This document shows positions 28,957-37,041 of a DNA stretch of 64,000 nucleotides, in pieces (the first letter of the stretch is position 1; every line of letters begins with the position of its first letter). Origin of the DNA: a virus; the IMG/VR virus record IMGVR_UViG_3300005529_000024, positions 96,001 to 160,000 of that record, one strand, 5' to 3'. The translations under genes and the position numbers were made by a program. The notes below the pieces were generated by a model. It searched no databases, had not been told where the DNA came from, and saw only the letters and a program-made list of their open reading frames with translations.

Positions 28957-29457
28957 ATGGAAGACGATACTACGCGAGATCTAGATAAAGCTTTAGATAC
29001 GATACGAGCTATATGTACAACGAAAGCGACAGAAGCATTAGCCAAAGAAGAAGTTGAGAAGATCCTATCTGACCATCAACTAAAGTTAAAGTTATTCATG
29101 GCTGCGTTTTCTCTTAAGCGCGTTAATAGTATTATCCGTGTCGCTAAGATGCAGGATTTCATCGAAGAGAAGCTACTTGATCCTGAACGTTGGAAAAATG
29201 CCAGTAATAAAGATTTGCTCAAGCTTCTTGTTAAGCTTAATGACATTGTTGCTCAGAATATGGATTACTTCAGTCAGATTCTTGGCGGTGACACACAGTT
29301 TGATCCGAATCTATTAGTTGTTCTTCTCGGTGACAAATCCAAAGCAGAGGATAAGGAAAAGACAGTCAAGAGGTTGGAAGATCTTTCTCCTGAATCACGA
29401 GAGAAGATTCGATCTAAATTTTCTGATTTGCTTGGCTCATTAAAGAATGATGGATGA
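28957..29457 (+). CDS. putative terminase small subunit
   Basis: Helical 166 aa protein overlapping the terL start. Confidence 0.45.
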   Translation: MEDDTTRDLDKALDTIRAICTTKATEALAKEEVEKILSDHQLKLKLFMAAFSLKRVNSIIRVAKMQDFIEEKLLDPERWKNASNKDLLKLLVKLNDIVAQNMDYFSQILGGDTQFDPNLLVVLLGDKSKAEDKEKTVKRLEDLSPESREKIRSKFSDLLGSLKNDG

Positions 29458-31462
29458 TAAAAAACTAACGAAAGAAGAAGAGAACTTACTTAAAAAATTA
29501 AGCGATGACTCTAATAATGACACGAGAGAATTTTTCGATTCGTTATCTCTTCATGAACGTGAAGTTGCCTTACAGATTATCAAAGAGATGGAGAGTACTG
29601 GAAAGTCTGATACCTATGACCTTCTTTGGGAAACAGACTTTGTGCGGAAACCAGCTACTCCAAAAGAGTTTTTAGAAGATCATGCTTATCTAGGTAAGGA
29701 TATCACGAGCAAGCTCTATGATCCTTGGAAGGAAGTCTTATGCACAGCGTTGGATGCCAAGAATGAGATCAATGAGTTAGTGTTATCTGGGGCTATCGGT
29801 ATCGGTAAGTCTACTGTGGCGAATGTGGCTATGATGTATAAGCTATATTCGTTGTCTTGTCTTAAAAACCCACAGAAGTACTACCATAAGATGGAGCACA
29901 TAACAATCACCTTTGCCTTGTTCAGTGCCACATTGCAGGTGATCTCCAATACAACATTCTCCGATCTTCTCGGTATGTTCAATGCAAGTCCATATTTTAA
30001 CGAGTTCTATAACTCCAAAGACGCAAAGAAAATCGTACTCCAGGATAAGCGCGTTGACGTGAAACTCGGTAGCCAAGAGTTGCACGAACAGGGATTGCAT
30101 GTCTTTGCTTGCGTATTGGATGAAACAAACTACATGCGTCAAGCTGGAGAATATCAGCGAGCATTCAACATCTATAGTCAGTTGATGTCTCGTATGAAGT
30201 CCCGGTTCATGTACAAAGGTAAAATACCTGGACTCCTCTGTCTCGTTTCGTCTTCGAAGAGTACAGCCGACTATATCGATGACCATATTTCTAAGGTTAA
30301 AAACAATAAGAATGCTTTGGTAAAGAGCTTTCCTATTTGGGTTGTTCGTGGATTTAAGAAGGGCGTTTCATCTGAAGTTTATTGCGGGGATACATTCAAG
30401 GTTGATTCTGGTGATCAGTTTCATTCACCAAAGATTATTACAGAAGATTCTCCTAGTGTGTCTGGAGAAGAGAATGTAATTGAGATTCCTGTTGAATACC
30501 ATTCTGAGTTTGAACGTGATATCTATACGGCTTTAAGGGATGTTGCTGGTCGATCCAGTCAACCTAATAATCCTCTTATCCCGAATAAACTATTGATAGC
30601 AGCTTGTAGGGATATCACACGTAAACATCCATTTAGTGTTGAATCAGCTATCATCGATATGTCCGATGAGAGTAAGACCATCCAAGATTATTTCCTGGTG
30701 GATGAACTCTTCGTCCGGGAGTTTGGCAATTATCGGTTAAAAGTCAATCCTAGTACGTTTAGGTACGCTCACATAGATATCGGGTTGAGGGGTCCAAGTA
30801 ATGATGGGGACCCTGCTGCTATGTCTGTCGGGCATTATGCTGGTACGAAATCAGTTATAAGATACTTGCCTGATGGTCGGCCTTATAGCATTCCTGCTGT
30901 GCAGATCTATATTGACTTTATGATCCAGATGAAGCCACAGAAGGGATCTAAACTTGATATCTCTAAGATCCTGGAATTCATCTTTTTCCTTGAGAACATG
31001 GGCATGAATTTCGCTCGTGTTACATATGATACTTTCCAATCTGAGAGCAGTCTACAGACATTACAGAAGCTTAAGATTGAATCAGGGATTCTATCAACGG
31101 TAAGAGATGACCATGCATATCTAGAGCTACGAAGTTGTTATACGGAACAGCGTATAAGCGTTTATGAATATCCTCTGTATGAGGAGGAGTTAGCAAGGCT
31201 TGAGCATACTCCAGCCAAGAAGAAAGTTGACCATCCTCCCAGAGGTAGTAAGGATATAACCGATACCGTTGCTGGTGTCGTTGAAAACATAATCATGCAC
31301 GAGAATACAAGTATTACTGAACGAGAAATTATTGATTCTGAAGAGATGTTAAAACTTCAAGACCTTCAGAACAGAAGAGATAATGAAGACATGTTCATTC
31401 TAAACGATTACGAGCGGAATCTAGGCGAATTCGATGATCGTGAGATGACAGATTTGATATAA
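29447..31462 (+). CDS. terL: terminase large subunit
   Basis: Walker A GAIGIGKS, Walker B CVLDE, VSS, HIDIG, TYDTFQS, DHPPRGSKDITD. Confidence 0.9.
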   Translation: MMDDKKLTKEEENLLKKLSDDSNNDTREFFDSLSLHEREVALQIIKEMESTGKSDTYDLLWETDFVRKPATPKEFLEDHAYLGKDITSKLYDPWKEVLCTALDAKNEINELVLSGAIGIGKSTVANVAMMYKLYSLSCLKNPQKYYHKMEHITITFALFSATLQVISNTTFSDLLGMFNASPYFNEFYNSKDAKKIVLQDKRVDVKLGSQELHEQGLHVFACVLDETNYMRQAGEYQRAFNIYSQLMSRMKSRFMYKGKIPGLLCLVSSSKSTADYIDDHISKVKNNKNALVKSFPIWVVRGFKKGVSSEVYCGDTFKVDSGDQFHSPKIITEDSPSVSGEENVIEIPVEYHSEFERDIYTALRDVAGRSSQPNNPLIPNKLLIAACRDITRKHPFSVESAIIDMSDESKTIQDYFLVDELFVREFGNYRLKVNPSTFRYAHIDIGLRGPSNDGDPAAMSVGHYAGTKSVIRYLPDGRPYSIPAVQIYIDFMIQMKPQKGSKLDISKILEFIFFLENMGMNFARVTYDTFQSESSLQTLQKLKIESGILSTVRDDHAYLELRSCYTEQRISVYEYPLYEEELARLEHTPAKKKVDHPPRGSKDITDTVAGVVENIIMHENTSITEREIIDSEEMLKLQDLQNRRDNEDMFILNDYERNLGEFDDREMTDLI

Positions 31463-31477
31463 ACAAAAGGGATCAAA

Positions 31478-33088
31478 ATGGGAATTAGGGCTAGTGTTTC
31501 TGAATTAGTACAAAAATATTTTGGGTACTCCTTACCAAGCTATGTGACTTCTGATCAGACTTCAAAGGAAGATTGGCAGACACCTACATATGAATGGTAT
31601 TTGGATGCTATTAAGATCGGGCATTCAAGGCAATTACTCTATACTGATGTCGAGGAAATGGATAACTACTCTGACATTTGCGCTGCTTTGGATATTTACT
31701 CCGATGATGCCTGTCAACATGACTACCAGACAAGTAGAACAATATGGGTGGATTCTGCGGATAATTTTATTTCTGACACCTTAAATGAGATGTTTGATAA
31801 TCTTCAATTCGAGGATTATATCTGGGGCTTCTCTCGTTCTCTTGCCAAATATGGCGATCTCTTCTTGAGAAACTATATTAAGGAAGATGACGGCATTGTT
31901 CATCTGGAATGGTGTGATCCTAAGATTGTCTCCAGGGATGAGGATAAGTTCAGGGTCCTGCGTGGATATCAGATCTCTTCTAAGACTTCATCAAAGAATC
32001 CCGCTGACTCTATGTTCCAGCCTTGGGAGATTACTCACTTTAAAGTTCCAGGTCGATATATCCAAGCGAGCTATGGTGAGAGCATGTTGAATGGTGCTCG
32101 TTTGACATGGAAGCAATTGAAGCTGATGGAAGACGCTGTTCTTTTATATCGGTTGCGCCATGCTCCTGATCGTATGATCTTTAAGATTGATATCGGGGCT
32201 ATGCCTATTGAAGAGGGTTTCGATCTTCTAAATCGGTATAAGGCACTTAACCGGAAGCATCGTTTTGTTGATCCATCAAGCAAGGAATTTAGAACTCGCA
32301 ATAATCCTCTTGGGTCTGATTCGGATATCTATTTTCCGACACGGCCAAATTCAAATAGCGATGTGACAAAGATTCCTGGTTCAGCAAACGTATCCCAGAT
32401 CTATGATATCGAGTACATGATGATGAAGCTTTATGGTTCTCTTAAGATTCCTAAAGCTTATATGAGCCAAGAGAAAGATTCCGGATGGAAGTCTGGTGCT
32501 GCATTGTCTCAGCAGGATCTTCGTTATGCTCGTACAGTTAGACGGTTGCAACGAGGTATGATCTTAGGTGCGCGTCGTCTTTGCAATATCCATCTTGCTG
32601 CTAAGGGTATCGATCCTTATAAGCATGAGTTTGCTGTTAGAATGACTAATGTGTCTAATCTTGACGAACTCCAGGAAGTTACTATCCTGAAGGAAAAGCT
32701 CGAAGCTGCTAAAGGTCTAGCTGAGGTTGCTGAGTCTCTTGGCGTAAATAAACAGGCTATGATCGATTTCGTGTTTGAATCTTTGCTGTCCCTTCCTGAA
32801 GAGACGGTTAAGAAACTTCGGTTAATCAAAGCCGAGAAAGAGGGTAGCGAAGAAGAGTCTAAAAAGGTGCTGGATAACCTGGATGTCATTAATGAGGCTG
32901 TCCAACACTATATCGGTAAGAAGCCATTATTAAAAGAAGCTATCATAAACGATATCGATAAGGCACAACTTGAAGCTGCTTCTAGAGGTGGTTATCTTAA
33001 TAATAAGGCGTTCAGGAAAATAGGCGCTGACGCTTTGCCGAGTAAGGGTCAAAAATCGTTACGAGATCAAAATGAAACCCAATCTTAG
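31478..33088 (+). CDS. portal protein (T4 gp20-like)
   Basis: KYGD, YGES.L..AR..WKQL.LMEDA..LYRL..AP.R..F.ID.G, L.IP. Confidence 0.9.
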   Translation: MGIRASVSELVQKYFGYSLPSYVTSDQTSKEDWQTPTYEWYLDAIKIGHSRQLLYTDVEEMDNYSDICAALDIYSDDACQHDYQTSRTIWVDSADNFISDTLNEMFDNLQFEDYIWGFSRSLAKYGDLFLRNYIKEDDGIVHLEWCDPKIVSRDEDKFRVLRGYQISSKTSSKNPADSMFQPWEITHFKVPGRYIQASYGESMLNGARLTWKQLKLMEDAVLLYRLRHAPDRMIFKIDIGAMPIEEGFDLLNRYKALNRKHRFVDPSSKEFRTRNNPLGSDSDIYFPTRPNSNSDVTKIPGSANVSQIYDIEYMMMKLYGSLKIPKAYMSQEKDSGWKSGAALSQQDLRYARTVRRLQRGMILGARRLCNIHLAAKGIDPYKHEFAVRMTNVSNLDELQEVTILKEKLEAAKGLAEVAESLGVNKQAMIDFVFESLLSLPEETVKKLRLIKAEKEGSEEESKKVLDNLDVINEAVQHYIGKKPLLKEAIINDIDKAQLEAASRGGYLNNKAFRKIGADALPSKGQKSLRDQNETQS

Positions 33089-33234
33089 AAAGAAAATGGA
33101 AGATGTAGATAGAAAGTTACTCTTTGTTCTATCTAGCTATGAAGAGGTAAAGGATCAGGTTGTATTTCCTGCCTCTATTTTGGATACACTATATTCGTTG
33201 CAAAGGGAGTTGCAAGAGATTCAAAAAATATTAA

Positions 33235-33258
33235 CCTAAATTCGAAGTCTTTGCGTCT
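33235..33258 (+). promoter_or_regulatory. putative phage-specific promoter CCTA-N14-GCGTCT
   Basis: Exact match at gene boundary. Confidence 0.65.
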
Positions 33259-33266
33259 TGCAAAAT

Positions 33267-33569
33267 ATGAATGAGATAAATGTAAATCGACAATATATTG
33301 AATCGCTTTATAAAGAGTATTTATCTAGGCTCAAACATGGCGAAGCGGCTATTCGTGTTGCTGCTGATCTGTTTGAGAATGTTAATGATCTTCTTGGATA
33401 TTCCGCTAAGCGTGTTGATGACGAATCAATTAAAGTCCTCAAAAACGATGGCACAGAATATACTTTATCAATAAAGGAAGATACGGTTACATGTAACTGT
33501 ATTGGATTCCAACATCGCAATCGGTGTAAACATACCGCGTTTGCGAAAATACTAACAAAGGAGAAATAA
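33267..33569 (+). CDS. SWIM zinc finger protein
   Basis: CNCIGF..RNRCKH. Confidence 0.75.
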   Translation: MNEINVNRQYIESLYKEYLSRLKHGEAAIRVAADLFENVNDLLGYSAKRVDDESIKVLKNDGTEYTLSIKEDTVTCNCIGFQHRNRCKHTAFAKILTKEK

Positions 33570-33570
33570 T

Positions 33571-33729
33571 ATGTTTTCAAAGGTAGTGTCGTTTCTTACA
33601 AGTCGTCCGGCTTGGCAGGTGTTCGTTGGTGGTATTCTTATGGGATATCTTACTCGGTTCTGTCACTCTTGGATCTTGACTGTAGCCAGCATTGCTCTTG
33701 CTGCGTTTCTTGCTAAGAAGGCAAAATAG
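33571..33729 (+). CDS. small membrane protein (52 aa, holin-like architecture)
   Basis: AAGGAG RBS; two hydrophobic segments and basic tail AKKAK. Confidence 0.5.
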   Translation: MFSKVVSFLTSRPAWQVFVGGILMGYLTRFCHSWILTVASIALAAFLAKKAK

Positions 33730-33757
33730 GATCTAATTCGGAAAGAAAGGGAGCCAG

Positions 33758-34066
33758 ATGTCAGAACATTCTGTAGAGACCTTGCAATTGGCAAGGTTGA
33801 TTCTTGATGCAGCAAAGTTGATGGTAGATCTTCCAGAAGAGACAAAAGTAAATATTCTAACCGAGCGCAATATTACAGTCTTCCAGATTGAAACCAATAA
33901 AAAGGATATCGGGAAGCTGATCGGTAAGGGAGGTCGTAATATCCAGTCTCTTCGTCGTATTGTTAGCTCAATTGGCGCGAAATTGAGTTGTAACTGCATG
34001 GTCGAGATCAAAGATGACCATAGCTTGACTTATCGTAAAAACAAGTCGGCATCAACTGAAGAGTAA
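33758..34066 (+). CDS. khpA: KH-domain RNA-binding protein (KhpA-like)
   Basis: LMVDLPEE; DIGKLIGKGGRNIQSLRRIV. Confidence 0.8.
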   Translation: MSEHSVETLQLARLILDAAKLMVDLPEETKVNILTERNITVFQIETNKKDIGKLIGKGGRNIQSLRRIVSSIGAKLSCNCMVEIKDDHSLTYRKNKSASTEE

Positions 34067-34080
34067 GCTTAATTTAAAGG

Positions 34081-34119
34081 TGCAAGGTGATGGTTAATTC
34101 TGTCACCTTGCATTTTTTT
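34081..34119 (+). terminator. intrinsic terminator
   Basis: TGCAAGGTGA...TCACCTTGCA plus T7. Confidence 0.85.
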
Positions 34120-34157
34120 GTCTTTATTTTTTACAGGTAATATTAAACATTTACTTA

Positions 34158-34186
34158 TTGACAAAATAGATAGTGCAGTTTATAAT
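34158..34186 (+). promoter_or_regulatory. sigma70-type promoter
   Basis: TTGACA-N17-TATAAT. Confidence 0.8.
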
Positions 34187-34248
34187 AACAGTTGACAGTG
34201 TGATTAGGGGATCAAAATCATACTGAATTTTGGGCAGGAGGAACAAAA

Positions 34249-34455
34249 ATGGACAGATACGCTCACTTTCTCTTTGATGATGGTGAATCGATTATCGAGT
34301 CCCTTATTAAGGGCGTAGATGAGGATTTAGAGGCTATTATCAAACTTCCGAATACGGATGACCGTAAGGAGCGGATTGCCTTTCTTGAGGGGAAGAGGGC
34401 GGCATATAGGCTGATTCTGTCTACTTGTAATCATGAACCAAAGGTTTTGCGTTAA
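34249..34455 (+). CDS. hypothetical protein
   Basis: AGGAGG RBS. Confidence 0.55.
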   Translation: MDRYAHFLFDDGESIIESLIKGVDEDLEAIIKLPNTDDRKERIAFLEGKRAAYRLILSTCNHEPKVLR

Positions 34456-34486
34456 AGGGCAGTTAAACCTTAAATTGGAGGCTACA

Positions 34487-34675
34487 ATGAATGTTCACTT
34501 AAATGTGTATATCATCATGTCCACCTTAGTTTTCATGTTTCTGGGTATGATCTGGAAGACGAGTGATTGGGTTAATCTCTTCCTAAAGTTTGTGTTTATC
34601 ATTATGGTTCTCTTTGGCATTTTTATGTATCTGTCTACAAATGGATACATAATTAATGTGGTCGAAGTTCAATAA
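34487..34675 (+). CDS. small membrane protein
   Basis: GGAGG RBS; two hydrophobic segments. Confidence 0.5.
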   Translation: MNVHLNVYIIMSTLVFMFLGMIWKTSDWVNLFLKFVFIIMVLFGIFMYLSTNGYIINVVEVQ

Positions 34676-34682
34676 AAAGTAC

Positions 34683-34711
34683 TTGACAAGTTTATAAAGT
34701 ACGGCTATAAT
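34683..34711 (+). promoter_or_regulatory. sigma70-type promoter
   Basis: TTGACA-N17-TATAAT. Confidence 0.8.
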
Positions 34712-34976
34712 ATCAGTGTGGGAAATACTAGTGTCGAAAGCCTAGTACGCCCGTCAAAGGGTGGATAAGAAGGGTTCACCTATTCCGCGACCTTTTTAAA
34801 TGAGGCGACAAATGGATAAGATTAGCCGAGAGATTATCAGATCGTTAGTTGATGATACGATAAAGCGATTTGAGGCTGAACTACGGGATCTACTTCTCCC
34901 TTCTCTCATCGAGGAAGGGGAGTTAACCAGAGAGGTTCAAAATTTCCGGGAAAAGATCATCGGGGCAATTTGATTG

Positions 34977-35098
34977 AAGGGGCGGTGTAATAGGCAGGCG
35001 CAAAATAAACGGTGAACTAGCGTGGCGGTCGAAAGGCTTCTTGATACTACCTATTACCCGACAGGGGTTAATAAGCCTGTGTTTCCGGCCCCCTTTTT
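34977..35098 (+). ncRNA. candidate structured RNA
   Basis: GGGGCGG/CCGGCCCC closing stem, GTAATAGGCAG/CTACCTATTAC, ACAGG/CCTGT, then T-run. Confidence 0.4.
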
Positions 35099-35118
35099 AA
35101 TCCGACTTGGAGGGCAGA

Positions 35119-35292
35119 ATGAGAGAAAAACCAGAATACGCCAAAGAAGAGCACTTCGAATTTCTGAATGAGCTTAGACTTTCAGGCAAAGTCAACATGT
35201 TTGGTGCTCGCCCTAACCTGATGCGGAAGTTTCCCTATCTCAACGGGGATCAAGCCCTTGACATTCTGACTTACTGGATGGAAACCTTTTAA
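35119..35292 (+). CDS. hypothetical phage protein
   Basis: GGAGG RBS; FLNELR.SG.VNMFGA. Confidence 0.55.
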   Translation: MREKPEYAKEEHFEFLNELRLSGKVNMFGARPNLMRKFPYLNGDQALDILTYWMETF

Positions 35293-35449
35293 CTCGATTG
35301 GAGGTATCCAATGTATCATGAAGAAAAGGTGATCTGTGGGGTTTTGCATTGGCGTGGAACTCCAGATGGAGAATGGCATGTCTATTCTGCTGAGCAGTTG
35401 ACATCAAGGATCTTGGAACTTAAAAAGGAGCTTGCGAGTAAGGAGGAAC

Positions 35450-35689
35450 ATGAAAACTCTTATGTTGTATGAATCTTTTTTAGAATCAGCTAGATTCTAT
35501 CTCCTTGATGGCGATTACTCCAGATTCGATAAGATCTACATCAACGATTCTGGCTGTGATGAAGCTCTCTGCGATGAACTGAGCAACTTTATGTTTGATG
35601 ATGTCCTGATTGAAGAGAATCACAAGCCTATTCAGTTTGGTCCGGATGTTAAGTTTGATATCTTCGTACAGTGTGGCATTCTACCTTAA
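35450..35689 (+). CDS. hypothetical protein
   Basis: AAGGAGG RBS. Confidence 0.55.
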   Translation: MKTLMLYESFLESARFYLLDGDYSRFDKIYINDSGCDEALCDELSNFMFDDVLIEENHKPIQFGPDVKFDIFVQCGILP

Positions 35690-35714
35690 TGATAAAGATT
35701 TTTTAAAAAAGTAC

Positions 35715-35743
35715 TTGACAAATTTATAAGATCCTGCTATACT
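35715..35743 (+). promoter_or_regulatory. sigma70-type promoter for the Y-RNA-like array
   Basis: TTGACA-N17-TATACT with TG extension, 16 nt upstream of unit 1. Confidence 0.85.
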
Positions 35744-35759
35744 ATAAAAAGTTTAAGAT

Positions 35760-35823
35760 TTGGTGGGTCGGAGTCAATGGGTTATCTTGGATAATACCCC
35801 ATGACGAAAAAATTATCCACCAA
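35760..35823 (+). ncRNA. Y-RNA-like unit 1 (minimal)
   Basis: TTGGTGGGT/ATCCACCAA terminal stem; GGGTCG...TTATCC motif; inner stem then TTATC. Confidence 0.72.
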
Positions 35824-35829
35824 TAGGTT

Positions 35830-35904
35830 AGATGGGTCGCTGTTGATGGGTTATCAAACATATTATATTGATTAATCTCCCATTGACGACAAAATTATCC
35901 ATCT
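35830..35904 (+). ncRNA. Y-RNA-like unit 2
   Basis: AGATGGGT/ATCCATCT; GTTGATGGG/CCCATTGAC; same motifs. Confidence 0.72.
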
Positions 35905-35910
35905 TTAAAT

Positions 35911-36039
35911 ATGTGGGTCGATTTTCAGTTGGTTATCGAATTTGAATCGAGAGACATGGGTTCGAATCCCATACGCTAGTTATGCTGGCGTTAGCTTAGT
36001 GGATAGAGCACTTTCCGACTGATACTAACTTATCCACAT
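35911..36039 (+). ncRNA. yrlA: YrlA-like Y RNA with circularly permuted tRNA module
   Basis: ATGTGGGT/ATCCACAT; TCAGTTGG/CCGACTGA; T-arm, loop-closed acceptor stem, then D-arm. Confidence 0.85.
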
Positions 36040-36053
36040 TTAATTTAACAATT

Positions 36054-36119
36054 TAGCGGGTCGCCATTAGTCGATTATCGCCTGGAAAAATATTTCGATT
36101 AATACATACTAATCCGCTA
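36054..36119 (+). ncRNA. Y-RNA-like unit 4
   Basis: TAGCGGGT/ATCCGCTA; ATTAGTCGA/TCGATTAAT; GGGTCG and TTATC motifs. Confidence 0.7.
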
Positions 36120-36236
36120 TTAAAAATCCCTAAGCTCAGTCGCTAAGCGTCTGAGAGGGTCGCCAAGCGTCCCGTCTTAGGTGAGATCCCGCATCCATGA
36201 TAATATCTGCCCATATTGTCTGGATACCACCTCCTC

Positions 36237-36277
36237 AAAATGGCATGATGGCCTATAAAGCTGTCATGCCATTTTTC
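36237..36277 (+). terminator. intrinsic terminator closing the ncRNA operon (possibly bidirectional)
   Basis: AAAATGGCATGATGGC...GCTGTCATGCCATTTTT. Confidence 0.85.
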
Positions 36278-36362
36278 TGTCTTTTTTCCGAAATTCTTAT
36301 AAAAATCTTTATTCTTTACCAATTAATTTACCAAATAAGCTGGTTTTTAGTCTCCTTCTCTA

Positions 36363-36390
36363 TTGACAAAATAAATAATACTGATATAAT
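36363..36390 (+). promoter_or_regulatory. conserved early-type promoter
   Basis: TTGACA AAATAAATAATACTGA TATAAT. Confidence 0.82.
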
Positions 36391-36423
36391 AATAGTTAAT
36401 TAGACAATAAGCGGAGGGAGAAA

Positions 36424-36648
36424 ATGAAAAAATACTGGCCGAGTCAATTAAAACCTGGAGATTCCTTTGATTATGATGGGGCGCGGTTCATTGTAATCAG
36501 CACACACCAACGCCCCTTCAATTTTTGGGAGGTCGTTGTCACGAATCGTTTAATGGGCGGTACTAAGTCGGTTTGGCTGAAAACGACTGAACAAGTTGTG
36601 GATGAGCATTATGATGAAGTTACCAAAGCTCCTTCACAGGGTAGATAA
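36424..36648 (+). CDS. hypothetical protein
   Basis: GGAGG RBS after promoter. Confidence 0.55.
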   Translation: MKKYWPSQLKPGDSFDYDGARFIVISTHQRPFNFWEVVVTNRLMGGTKSVWLKTTEQVVDEHYDEVTKAPSQGR

Positions 36649-36811
36649 AAATGATTGCATATCTGACAGATGGCAAAGAGATTTTCAAAGCAGAAATAAT
36701 TAAATCCATAGATGAACTAAAGGAATTAAATAAACATTCTAAAAAGTCTACTGATGGAAATCTTTTTTGGGTAACAAGGAAGGATTTCAAATAATAATGG
36801 AGGGTTCGAAC

Positions 36812-37027
36812 ATGAAATTCTGTGAGACAAATCCATCTGGAAAAGTCTGTGATATCTGCAAGGGAAATAGAAATCAAATGGATATGCACCTCGAACCTTT
36901 CTGTAACTTTTGTGCAATCGCAATCTGGGACTTTTATTACAATCATGGTGGAAACATTGCTGATGCCGTAGAAGCTATCTACCAACAACGATATAACCTG
37001 TACAGTGATGGCATTATAAACTTTTAA
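36812..37027 (+). CDS. hypothetical Cys-rich protein
   Basis: GGAGG RBS; CxxC pairs. Confidence 0.5.
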   Translation: MKFCETNPSGKVCDICKGNRNQMDMHLEPFCNFCAIAIWDFYYNHGGNIADAVEAIYQQRYNLYSDGIINF

Positions 37028-37041
37028 AAGCGGAGGGAGAG

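Noticed and set aside
4751-31462. Inteins or introns in polymerase, RNR, RecA or terminase
   Set aside because: ORFs are continuous, of normal length, and lack splice motifs.
34977-35098. tmRNA (GGGGC start, AAAATAAAC resume-like motif)
   Set aside because: No canonical T-loop, D-loop or CCA, no tag ending in Ala-Ala, and far too short.
35956-36010. Ordinary tRNA gene
   Set aside because: The T-arm precedes the D-arm and the acceptor stem is loop-closed with no CCA, so it is treated as a permuted module.
35760-36119. CRISPR array
   Set aside because: Units share only short motifs and a fold, not identical repeats; lengths are irregular; no cas genes in the window.
36197-36403. 68-aa ORF
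   Set aside because: Runs through a terminator and a promoter and has no RBS.
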